A stretch of 64,000 bases of DNA, taken from assembly GCA_013416795.1 (NCBI GenBank), contig RQSC01000019.1, forward strand, positions 126,701-190,700, read 5' to 3'. This DNA comes from Prasinococcaceae sp. CCMP 1430. Taxonomy: Eukaryota > Plantae > Prasinodermophyta. The notes under the pieces are model-generated. The model made no database searches. It was not told the origin of the DNA and saw only the letters and a list, made by a program, of their open reading frames with translations. Each line of letters starts with the position of its first letter. The first letter of the stretch is position 1. Shown here in pieces: positions 53,713 to 62,978 of the stretch. The position numbers and the translations under genes were made by a program.

Positions 53713-55551
53713 TCAGAATGCGTCGTCGCCGCCCAACAGCTCCCTCGCCCTGTCCGAATCGAAGTTGGGCGCGCTGTTGTAGCGCAGCGAGACGGCTGTG
53801 TCCACCCGCGGGCGCGAGGGCAGGCCCCGCCGCGGGTAGATGCGCTCCTTGAAGAAGTCGCGCGTGAAGTCGGCCATTTCGAGCTCGTTGATGAACGCCG
53901 CGACCGACTCGCACTTGTCGAGGTACTGCTCGAAAGTCATCGGGAAGGACTGTTGGGCGAGGTGGCCGCTGTAGAGGCACAGGCTCACCCACACCTTGGC
54001 GCTGGCGTTCATGAGGGTGTGCGAGATGGACATCTCGTAGAAGCAGCCGTACTTCTTGTTGCACCAGTACGCCAGCTCCCGCCCGCTCATGGGCGCGTTG
54101 GCCGGCGCGGCGGCCGCGCGCCAGCTGTCCGGCACCCACTCGGGCACGTCGGCCGCGCCGGCCTCGGCCGCGCCCTCGGCCGCGCCCTCGGCCGCGCCCT
54201 CGAACTCGAAGCGCAGCTCTTCGGCGAGCTTCTCCGCGGCGAACACCGCGCCGGCGGCGGCGCCGAGCTCCCGCTGCTCGGCCTCGAATCGCCGCTTGGC
54301 CTCGCGCGCGCGCTCCTGCTCCTCCTCCGACTTGGAGAGGTTGATGTCCTTGCCCCACGCGCGCGCCGTCTTGGGCGCCCACGAGCCGTCCGACCACGAC
54401 TTGAGCTCCTTGCTGATGGCGCCCCCGATGGCGCCGAACACCGAGCTGACTTTGTCGGACACGTTGGACGTCGACGGCGACGCGTCCTCGGGGAAGTACA
54501 CCGCCGCTTGGCGCTCCTCGTCCGCGACGTCCACGTCCGAGGGCCCCGCCGCGCGCGCGGGCCCCGGGCGCGGCCCGCGCCCGCGCCNNNNNNNNNNNNN
54601 NNNNNNNNNNNNNNNNNNNNNNNNNNNNNNNNNNNNNNNNNNNNNNNNNNNNNNNNNNNNNNNNNNNNNNNNNNNNNNNNNNNNNNNNNNNNNNNNNNNN
54701 NNNNNNNNNNNNNNNNNNNNNNNNNNNNNNNNNNNNNNNNNNNNNNNNNNNNNNNNNNNNNNNNNNNNNNNNNNNNNNNNNNNNNNNNNNNNNNNNNNNN
54801 NNNNNNNNNNNNNNNNNNNNNNNNNNNNNNNNNNNNNNNNNNNNNNNNNNNNNNNNNNNNNNNNNNNNNNNNNNNNNNNNNNNNNNNNNNNNNNNNNNNN
54901 NNNNNNNNNNNNNNNNNNNNNNNNNNNNNNNNNNNNNNNNNNNNNNNNNNNNNNNNNNNNNNNNNNNNNNNNNNNNNNNNNNNNNNNNNNNNNNNNNNNN
55001 NNNNNNNNNNNNNNNNNNNNNNNNNNNNNNNNNNNNNNNNNNNNNNNNNNNNNNNNNNNNNNNNNNNNNNNNNNNNNNNNNNNNNNNNNNNNNNNNNNNN
55101 NNNNNNNNNNNNNNNNNNNNNNNNNNNNNNNNNNNNNNNNNNNNNNNNNNNNNNNNNNNNNNNNNNNNNNNNNNNNNNNNNNNNNNNNNNNNNNNNNNNN
55201 NNNNNNNNNNNNNNNNNNNNNNNNNNNNNNNNNNNNNNNNNNNNNNNNNNNNNNNNNNNNNNNNNNNNNNNNNNNNNNNNNNNNNNNNNNNNNNNNNNNN
55301 NNNNNNNNNNNNNNNNNNNNNNNNNNNNNNNNNNNNNNNNNNNNNNNNNNNNNNNNNNNNNNNNNNNNNNNNNNNNNNNNNNNNNNNNNNNNNNNNNNNN
55401 NNNNNNNNNNNNNNNNNNNNNNNNNNNNNNNNNNNNNNNNNNNNNNNNNNNNNNNNNNNNNNNNNNNNNNNGCCGCGCGCGTTGTGGCGCACCGAGCGGC
55501 GCGCGCTCGGCACGCGCGCGCGCGCGCGCGCGCGCTCCCACAGCCAGCCAT
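53713..55551 (-). CDS. DUF3067-like plastid protein, interrupted by an N-gap
   Basis: SGRELAYWCNKKYG...HLAQQSFPMTFEQY...VAAFINEL fits the recalled DUF3067 pattern (GREL...KWG...LEQQSFP.TE.EY). Probable transit-peptide start [17 protein letters not shown] at 55551. Confidence 0.7.
   Translation of the reverse strand: MAGCGSARARARACRARAARCATTRAXXXXXXXXXXXXXXXXXXXXXXXXXXXXXXXXXXXXXXXXXXXXXXXXXXXXXXXXXXXXXXXXXXXXXXXXXXXXXXXXXXXXXXXXXXXXXXXXXXXXXXXXXXXXXXXXXXXXXXXXXXXXXXXXXXXXXXXXXXXXXXXXXXXXXXXXXXXXXXXXXXXXXXXXXXXXXXXXXXXXXXXXXXXXXXXXXXXXXXXXXXXXXXXXXXXXXXXXXXXXXXXXXXXXXXXXXXXXXXXXXXXXXXXXXXXXXXXXXXXXXXXXXXXXXXXXXXXXXXXXXXXXXXXXXXXXXXXXRGRGPRPGPARAAGPSDVDVADEERQAAVYFPEDASPSTSNVSDKVSSVFGAIGGAISKELKSWSDGSWAPKTARAWGKDINLSKSEEEQERAREAKRRFEAEQRELGAAAGAVFAAEKLAEELRFEFEGAAEGAAEGAAEAGAADVPEWVPDSWRAAAAPANAPMSGRELAYWCNKKYGCFYEMSISHTLMNASAKVWVSLCLYSGHLAQQSFPMTFEQYLDKCESVAAFINELEMADFTRDFFKERIYPRRGLPSRPRVDTAVSLRYNSAPNFDSDRARELLGGDDAF
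54588..55471. other. Assembly gap (N run)
   Basis: 884 N inside the DUF3067 gene. Confidence 0.99.
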
Positions 55552-56873
55552 CGACCCAACCTTCATATTCTAATCTCACACACCCACGGGAAAGCAATTC
55601 GCCGCGGTCGCGCGCGCGCGCGGCGCCGGTTTCCCTCCGATTCCGGCCCGGGCGCGCGCGCGTCCGTTTTGACGTGTCTCACTTTCCCGTGGGTACATTC
55701 AACGCTTGCAACGACTCGCATGCCCCGGCGCCCGCCGCGCGCCCTTTCGGGGACGAGCTGGAATAGGGTTTATGATACTGGAAGCGCGGATTGCATTTGC
55801 TGAGCTTTTTGTGGCGGGTGGGTTCGGGTTTCGAGTTTGGAGCGGACTGCCCCGCCTCGTTCATCGCCGGCGGGTGTGTGACTGCATGAAAATATCTAAC
55901 ATAGCAGGGGCGAGGCGCGTGTCGCCGCCCTCGTCGGCGTCGTTGCGGGCCCCTTGGCGAGCGACCGGGCCGCGCCGCAGGGCACAACAGCTGGCTGCAG
56001 CCGCGCTCGCGCCCTTCCGTGGCAGCGCTCGGCGGGCTGGCTGCGGGCTGTGGCCGGGCGGGACGCGGTCGGTGTCACGCTGTCCTGGCTGGAGCCCTGG
56101 ACGGCCGAGCAGCTCTCGCTGCCTGCTGCGCTCAGGCCGGGCGACACGCACGCGCACACACTGCTCGTCGTGGCATGAGGGCCTCCAACCGACCCACCAA
56201 CCCAACCAACGCTGGCACGCACGCATTTTGACCTTTTTTGTATTTAGGGTTTTACCCAAAAACCTCGTTTTCCCTGATGCGTTGTGATGGCGGAAGAGAT
56301 CCGTCGGCGCGCGCCAAAATCCGTTCGTCAACATGTATATATATGAGCGTGCGCAAACCCTGACGGCGCGCGGCCGGCCGCGCCCGCGCTCCCGCACCGC
56401 GCGGAACGGCGTCCTTTGCCCGTTTGCAATTGAGACGAATCACATCTGTGTTTTATGTTCAAAATGAATTTAACAAAATGATTTTTATTTCCGTCGGTTT
56501 GGCATCCGTTTCCACATTCGTTTTGATGGGGGTCCGGGCGGGCCGCGCGCGCGACGTGGGCCGTCCGTGCGCGCGCGCGCCCGCCGCGAGGCCGACCTCC
56601 AACGCCACCCGCGAGGCGGCCACGTCCGTTGCAGCCGCCCGCGCTCGCCCGGGCGTCGGCAGGTGGGGGGCGGGGCAGAGACCGGGTGGCAGGGAGCCCC
56701 CACCCGGGACACGCTCGCGCGCGCGCCCGGGGATGAAGACCCAAGCCCGAGGCGCAGCACGAGCACACCGCACGTTGGCTGTCGGTGGCAGCGCATCCCG
56801 CCGCATCGCTCACTTTCACATGTAATTTGACGTGTAATACTCGCCCGTGGGTAATCTGCCCCGGCGCGCGCGC
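55483..56873. repeat. 1.39-kb direct duplication, copy 1
   Basis: Matches 57107-58497 at an offset of 1624; ORF-track translations in the two copies are identical (e.g. 55679/57303, 55861/57485, 56424/58048). Confidence 0.93.
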
Positions 56874-57106
56874 GCGCAAGACCCGCGCGACCCGACGGGA
56901 TGGATTCCGTTGGATTCAACTCTTTATCCGAATTTTAACGTGACATGGATTCCGCTTTTGAAGGTACTTTTGCGTCTATTTTTGGTGCGAATTTGGGTTC
57001 CGAAGAGCGCTCAATTGGGGGTGCCGGCGGTGCGCCGGCGCGCCGGGGCTGCCGCCGCCGACGGCGACGGCGCTGCAGGTGCAGGCGCAGGCGCAGGCGC
57101 AGGCGC

Positions 57107-58497
57107 TGTGGCGCACCGAGCGGCGCGCGCTCGGCACGCGCGCGCGCGCGCGCGCGCGCTCCCACAGCCAGCCATCGACCCAACCTTCATATTCTAATCT
57201 CACACACCCACGGGAAAGCAATTCGCCGCGGTCGCGCGCGCGCGCGGCGCCGGTTTCCCTCCGATTCCGGCCCGGGCGCGCGCGCGTCCGTTTTGACGTG
57301 TCTCACTTTCCCGTGGGTACATTCAACGCTTGCAACGACTCGCATGCCCCGGCGCCCGCCGCGCGCCCTTTCGGGGACGAGCTGGAATAGGGTTTATGAT
57401 ACTGGAAGCGCGGATTGCATTTGCTGAGCTTTTTGTGGCGGGTGGGTTCGGGTTTCGAGTTTGGAGCGGACTGCCCCGCCTCGTTCATCGCCGGCGGGTG
57501 TGTGACTGCATGAAAATATCTAACATAGCAGGGGCGAGGCGCGTGTCGCCGCCCTCGTCGGCGTCGTTGCGGGCCCCTTGGCGAGCGACCGGGCCGCGCC
57601 GCAGGGCACAACAGCTGGCTGCAGCCGCGCTCGCGCCCTTCCGTGGCAGCGCTCGGCGGGCTGGCTGCGGGCTGTGGCCGGGCGGGACGCGGTCGGTGTC
57701 ACGCTGTCCTGGCTGGAGCCCTGGACGGCCGAGCAGCTCTCGCTGCCTGCTGCGCTCAGGCCGGGCGACACGCACGCGCACACACTGCTCGTCGTGGCAT
57801 GAGGGCCTCCAACCGACCCACCAACCCAACCAACGCTGGCACGCACGCATTTTGACCTTTTTTGTATTTAGGGTTTTACCCAAAAACCTCGTTTTCCCTG
57901 ATGCGTTGTGATGGCGGAAGAGATCCGTCGGCGCGCGCCAAAATCCGTTCGTCAACATGTATATATATGAGCGTGCGCAAACCCTGACGGCGCGCGGCCG
58001 GCCGCGCCCGCGCTCCCGCACCGCGCGGAACGGCGTCCTTTGCCCGTTTGCAATTGAGACGAATCACATCTGTGTTTTATGTTCAAAATGAATTTAACAA
58101 AATGATTTTTATTTCCGTCGGTTTGGCATCCGTTTCCACATTCGTTTTGATGGGGGTCCGGGCGGGCCGCGCGCGCGACGTGGGCCGTCCGTGCGCGCGC
58201 GCGCCCGCCGCGAGGCCGACCTCCAACGCCACCCGCGAGGCGGCCACGTCCGTTGCAGCCGCCCGCGCTCGCCCGGGCGTCGGCAGGTGGGGGGCGGGGC
58301 AGAGACCGGGTGGCAGGGAGCCCCCACCCGGGACACGCTCGCGCGCGCGCCCGGGGATGAAGACCCAAGCCCGAGGCGCAGCACGAGCACACCGCACGTT
58401 GGCTGTCGGTGGCAGCGCATCCCGCCGCATCGCTCACTTTCACATGTAATTTGACGTGTAATACTCGCCCGTGGGTAATCTGCCCCGGCGCGCGCGC
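57107..58497. repeat. 1.39-kb direct duplication, copy 2 (ends at single n 58498)
   Basis: As for copy 1. Confidence 0.93.
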
Positions 58498-58620
58498 NCG
58501 AAGAAGGCGATGGGTCTTGCTTCGTGCAGCGCGTGATGGCCTCGGGCGTTGCCGATCCGATCGACGAGACCGGAACCCAAGGGCCGTACACTTGGTGGAA
58601 CAAGGAATGCGTCTCGAACG

Positions 58621-59454
58621 GAGGAGGAGGCGGAGGAGGCGGAGGAGGAGGCGAAGGAGGAGGCGGCGGCGGCGACGGCGGAGGCGAGCGCCAAGGAGAC
58701 GCTCGTGTCGAAGCTTTCGTACGTGCAGCGCGCCGAGGCCAACGAGCTGCTGCTCGAGCTCGAGCGCTCGGCGGGCGCGTCGGACGCGCCCGCCACCAGC
58801 GGCGCGCTGGACGGCGCGTGGAAGTTCCAGTACATGGGCACGGTCACGCCGGGGCCCATCGACTCGCCCACGCGCCCGATCGCGCTGCTGATGTACGCGG
58901 GTGGCTTCACGCCCGGCGAGTTCGCGCTCCAGTACGTGGACAAGCTGCCCAAGTCCGTGGCGGACGTCACGGAGATGACGCTCACCGTCGCGGGCGGCAC
59001 GGCCACGGTCGTCGCGGACTGCATGCTCTTCGGCCAGCCGCAGAAGGTGACGGTCAACACCGAGCTCACCTCGCTCTCGGGGTGCCGACTCCGCGAGACG
59101 TACAAGTCCGTCGAGGCCTTCGGCCGCACCATCGACCTGCCCGAGCAGCTCCGCTACGAGCGCGAGCTGATGATCACCTACCTCGACGACGACCTGCTCG
59201 TCGCGCGCGACGCGACCGGCTCGCCCGACGTCCTCGTGCGCGCGGCGCCCGCGAGCCCCGCGGCGCCCGCCGCCGACGCCTCGGAGGACAAGGTCGAGCC
59301 GGAGGTCGCCGCCGCTGACGACGAGGCCGTGCCCGTCGTGGAGGCCACGTCCGTCGAGGAGCCCGCCACGGCCGGCACCGCGACCGAGGACGACAAGGAG
59401 GACGGCAAGAAGTCCGGCAAGAAGTCGGGCAAGAAGTCCGACTCGTCGTGGTAA
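58621..59454 (+). CDS. PAP/fibrillin-family plastid lipid-associated protein; 5' end missing
   Basis: ANELLLELE, LDGAWKFQY, LRETY, RELMITYLDDDLLVARDATGSPDVLVR; acidic, Lys-rich tail. Confidence 0.8.
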   Translation, partial: EEEAEEAEEEAKEEAAAATAEASAKETLVSKLSYVQRAEANELLLELERSAGASDAPATSGALDGAWKFQYMGTVTPGPIDSPTRPIALLMYAGGFTPGEFALQYVDKLPKSVADVTEMTLTVAGGTATVVADCMLFGQPQKVTVNTELTSLSGCRLRETYKSVEAFGRTIDLPEQLRYERELMITYLDDDLLVARDATGSPDVLVRAAPASPAAPAADASEDKVEPEVAAADDEAVPVVEATSVEEPATAGTATEDDKEDGKKSGKKSGKKSDSSW

Positions 59455-59837
59455 GGTGCCCATCCATCGAAGAAGGACCTCACCAGCGCGCTGCCGCTGA
59501 TCGTGTGTGTTTGCGACTTCCTCGGCATTCTGAAGCAGCCAGCCGGCTCTGTATCTACCCCCGGCGAGCGAGCGAGCGTGTTGTGCGCCCCACCTGCGTC
59601 GCGTCGATGCAGCGTGCGCGTGTGCGCGTGCGTGCCCCCCGCCCCTGCGCGGCCGCACCGCGTGCACGCGGCGGCGGCGGCGAAGGTGCGAGTTCAGTGT
59701 AAAGAAGTACTTCTTACAGGGGCGGCCGCGCGCACGCCCACGCTGCGCGCGCCGTCGTCGTCCCCCGCGCTCGCGAGAGACCTGCGCAAGTGCGCTGGCC
59801 CGCGCCGGGGAGCGATCCCGCCCGTCGTCCGGACCGG

Positions 59838-62800
59838 CTAGCGCTTGGAGGTCTTCGCGCGCTTCTTGGCGCGCATCTCATCCGCGGCGTGGCCCACGAG
59901 CCTGTCGGCGGACCTCTTGGAGATCTCCTCGACGCTCTCGTCGGCCTTGGCGGGCTCGATGACCAGATGGCGGCCGTAGAGGTGCGCCGAGCGCAGCGCG
60001 TCCACCGCGGCGGCGGCCTCGGCGCTGGTGACGAATTCGGCGAAGGCGAAGCCGCGGTGCGTGCCGTCGAATTTCTTGGGCAGCCGCAGGCTGCGCAGGT
60101 GGCCGAACGGCGAGAGCAGCGTGCGGAGGTCCTTCTGCGTGGCTTCGAAAGCCACGTTGCGCACGATCACCTTGGTGAACTTGCCGCGCTTCTTGCCGCC
60201 GGCGCCGGCCTTCGCGCCGCCGGCGCCCGAGCCGCCCTTCGTGCGCGACACGGTCACCGACAGCGTGTGGCCGTCGAGCTTGGATCCGTCGAGCTGCGCT
60301 GCCGCCGCGCGCGCCGCCGCTGCGCTGGAGAACTCGGCGAAGCCGTAGCCCAGCGTGATGCCGTCGCCGCCGTCGGCGCCCTTCTTCCCCTGGCCGCGCA
60401 GCTTGCGCGCAACGGACGCGTGGCGCAGGCCGCCCTGGGCGTCGCCCTTGGCCTTGGCGAAGTGCTTGCGAAGCGCGTCGTCGCTCGTCTTGAACGACAG
60501 GTTCTTGACGTACAGCACGCACGCCTCGGCGCCGTCGGCGTCGGCCCCCTCTGCGTCCTCCCCGTCGTCGCCCGCGGTGCCGTCCTCCTCGGCGTCGGCG
60601 ACGGCCTTGGCACCAGCTGCGCCGCCCTCGGCGAGCGCCGCTTCGGCCGCGCGGCGCTTTGCCGCTCGCTCCTTGGCGGCAGTGGTCGCGCCTGCCCCTT
60701 TGGCAGCCCCCTCCTCGCCCTCCTTGGGGGGCTCCCCGACGACGCCCCTGGGCACCCACTGCAGGTACAGCGGCATGTTCTTGAAGCGGCGGTACGCGAG
60801 CGCCTTGAAGGCGCCCTTGGCGTCGGCGGAGGTCTCGTATTCGACGATTGCCAGCGCGCGCGAGCGCGGCAGCACCACGCGCTTGACGGGGCACCGCTTG
60901 GAGAAGAGCTGCTCCAGCTCCTCCTCCTGGCAGTCGAACGGCAGATTCTTGACGAGGATGGCAGCGCTGGCACCCGTCGAGGGCAACATCGCCGCTGGGT
61001 CCTTGCGCTCGGCCGCGGCCTCGAGGCGGTCGACGTCGACTCCCGCCGCGCGCAGCGTGGCCTTGGTCTCGGCGACGGCGTGCACCTCGCCGAGCGCGAG
61101 GCGCACCGCCGCGTCATCGCCCTCGACGTCGAGCAGGTCGCGCTTGGTCACGCCGAGGTGCGCGGCGGACGCAGCGGCCACCGTGTCGGAGCGCATGAAG
61201 AGCGCCCCCTTGGCTGCGGCCACCGCGTCCTCGCCCTTTCCTGCGCCCTTCCGCCGCTCCTCCTCGCGCTGCGCCTTGAAGGTGGTGGTGTTGCCCGCGC
61301 GGGCGGGGGCGGCGGGGGCGCCGTCGCCACCCTCGTCGCCCTCGCCGCCCCCGCCGGCGCGCATCGCGCCGCCGCTCGCGCGCGGCAACGCGGGAGCGAT
61401 GTTAATGAGCCTGCCCTGGAAGATGGCGCCGTTGAGCGCCTCGGCCGCGCGTGGCGCGCACTCCGGGATCATGAAGAGCACGTAGGCGAAGCCCTTCGAC
61501 TGGCGCGTTCGCCGGTCGCGCACGAGGTGCACCTCCGTCAGCTCGCCGTGCGGCGAGAAGAGCCCCGTCAGGTCCTCCTCGGTGGTGCAGTACGCCAGGT
61601 TGCGCACCATCACGCGCCCACTCGTGGCGGCCAGCTCCTCGGCGCTCGGGCCGCCCGCGTCCCCGCCAGCGTCGCTCGGCGCGTCGCCCTGGGCGCCGGC
61701 GTCGGTGCCGCCGCCCGCGCCCTCGCCGCCCACGCCATCCTCACCGCCGGCGGGGCGCTTCGAAAACAGCGCGTCGTAGTCGATCTCCTCGCCGCCGGCC
61801 GACGCGCCGGCCTCGGCCTTGGCACCCGCTGCCTCGTCCTCGTCCGAGTCGGACTCCTCGTCCGACGAAGACTCCTCGTCCGACGAAGACTCGGAACCTT
61901 CCGCGTCTGCGTCGGCGCGAGCGGCCGCGTCGGCGGCAGCGGCGGGGGTTCCAGCGTCCTTCTGCATGCGCGCGCGCATGTACGCGAGGTCGTCCACGTC
62001 GTCGTCGACGACGACGGCATCGCGCTGGTCGCTGCCACCGTCGCCGTCGTCGCCATCGCCGGCGGCGACGTCGTTCTCCTCGTACATGTCGTCGTCGCTG
62101 CCGTCGCCATCGCCATCGAACTGGAGCTGCTCGCCGGCGGCAGCATCATCCGCGTCGTCGTCGTCGTCGAAGGTCAAGTGCGTGCGCTTGAGCATGATGC
62201 CCTTGCCTCCCGCGCGGCGCGACTCGACCGCCTCCGTGTTGGCACTCTTCACCGCCACGCCCACCGGCAGCGAGGGCGCGCCGCGGCCGTCGTCCGCCCA
62301 CAGCGCCTGCTTGTCGCGCGAGCGCATGAGCTCGAGGAACTCCTTCAGCTTGGGGTCGTTCTCGGCGGCCGCGTCGGGCGCAAGCGCGCGACGCTTCGCC
62401 GCGGCGAGCTTCTTCGCCGCGCGCGCCAGCAGCGGGCGCTCGGCTTCGGCCGCCTTGGCCGCGACGTCGCCGGCCGCGGCCGCGGCCTTGGCGGCGGCGG
62501 CGACCTTGGCGTCCTCCCGTCGCGCGAACGCCGAGGTGCCTTTGGTGTACTTGGACCATCCGCGCGGCAGGCTCGCGTGCGCGACGGGCAGCGCGAACTC
62601 GCAACGCAGGCGGCTCGTATCGATGAAGGTGTTGTTGAAGTACTTGAGCGCGGCCGCGGCCTGCTCCTCGGTGCGGAAGCCCACGAAGCCGAACTGGCGG
62701 CTCTTTGGCTTGTCGCCCCTGCCGCGACCGCGGCCGCCGCGGCCTGCCGCGCCGCCGCGGCCGCGGCCGCCGCGGCCGCCCTTCACACGGAAAACGTCGT

Positions 62801-62978
62801 CGTCCCCGTCGCCGTCGCCGTCGTCGCCATCCTCGTCCTCCTTGAGCTGCACCACCTGCGCGTCGGTGACCTCGCCCTTGGTGCCGAAGTGCTTCGCGAG
62901 GCGCTCCTTGGTGAGGTACTTGGGCAGGCCCTTGACGATGAGGCGCGAGCTCGTCTGCGCCCCCGCCGTCGCGACCAT
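59838..62978 (-). CDS. MRD1: Multiple-RRM ribosome biogenesis protein MRD1/RBM19
   Basis: SRLIVKGLPKY, SRQFGFVGF...KYFNNTFIDTSRL, DPKLKEFLELM, GRVMVRNLAY, AAVRLALGE, ILVKNLPF, LYVKNLSF, KVIVRNVAFEAT, HRGFAFAEF, HLYGRHLVIE. Confidence 0.95.
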   Translation of the reverse strand: MVATAGAQTSSRLIVKGLPKYLTKERLAKHFGTKGEVTDAQVVQLKEDEDGDDGDGDGDDDVFRVKGGRGGRGRGGAAGRGGRGRGRGDKPKSRQFGFVGFRTEEQAAAALKYFNNTFIDTSRLRCEFALPVAHASLPRGWSKYTKGTSAFARREDAKVAAAAKAAAAAGDVAAKAAEAERPLLARAAKKLAAAKRRALAPDAAAENDPKLKEFLELMRSRDKQALWADDGRGAPSLPVGVAVKSANTEAVESRRAGGKGIMLKRTHLTFDDDDDADDAAAGEQLQFDGDGDGSDDDMYEENDVAAGDGDDGDGGSDQRDAVVVDDDVDDLAYMRARMQKDAGTPAAAADAAARADADAEGSESSSDEESSSDEESDSDEDEAAGAKAEAGASAGGEEIDYDALFSKRPAGGEDGVGGEGAGGGTDAGAQGDAPSDAGGDAGGPSAEELAATSGRVMVRNLAYCTTEEDLTGLFSPHGELTEVHLVRDRRTRQSKGFAYVLFMIPECAPRAAEALNGAIFQGRLINIAPALPRASGGAMRAGGGGEGDEGGDGAPAAPARAGNTTTFKAQREEERRKGAGKGEDAVAAAKGALFMRSDTVAAASAAHLGVTKRDLLDVEGDDAAVRLALGEVHAVAETKATLRAAGVDVDRLEAAAERKDPAAMLPSTGASAAILVKNLPFDCQEEELEQLFSKRCPVKRVVLPRSRALAIVEYETSADAKGAFKALAYRRFKNMPLYLQWVPRGVVGEPPKEGEEGAAKGAGATTAAKERAAKRRAAEAALAEGGAAGAKAVADAEEDGTAGDDGEDAEGADADGAEACVLYVKNLSFKTSDDALRKHFAKAKGDAQGGLRHASVARKLRGQGKKGADGGDGITLGYGFAEFSSAAAARAAAAQLDGSKLDGHTLSVTVSRTKGGSGAGGAKAGAGGKKRGKFTKVIVRNVAFEATQKDLRTLLSPFGHLRSLRLPKKFDGTHRGFAFAEFVTSAEAAAAVDALRSAHLYGRHLVIEPAKADESVEEISKRSADRLVGHAADEMRAKKRAKTSKR

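Noticed and set aside
55600-56870. The duplicated unit as a transposon or LTR element
   Set aside because: No terminal inverted repeats, target-site duplication, TG..CA ends or coding capacity seen; it overlaps a gene start and abuts assembly breaks.
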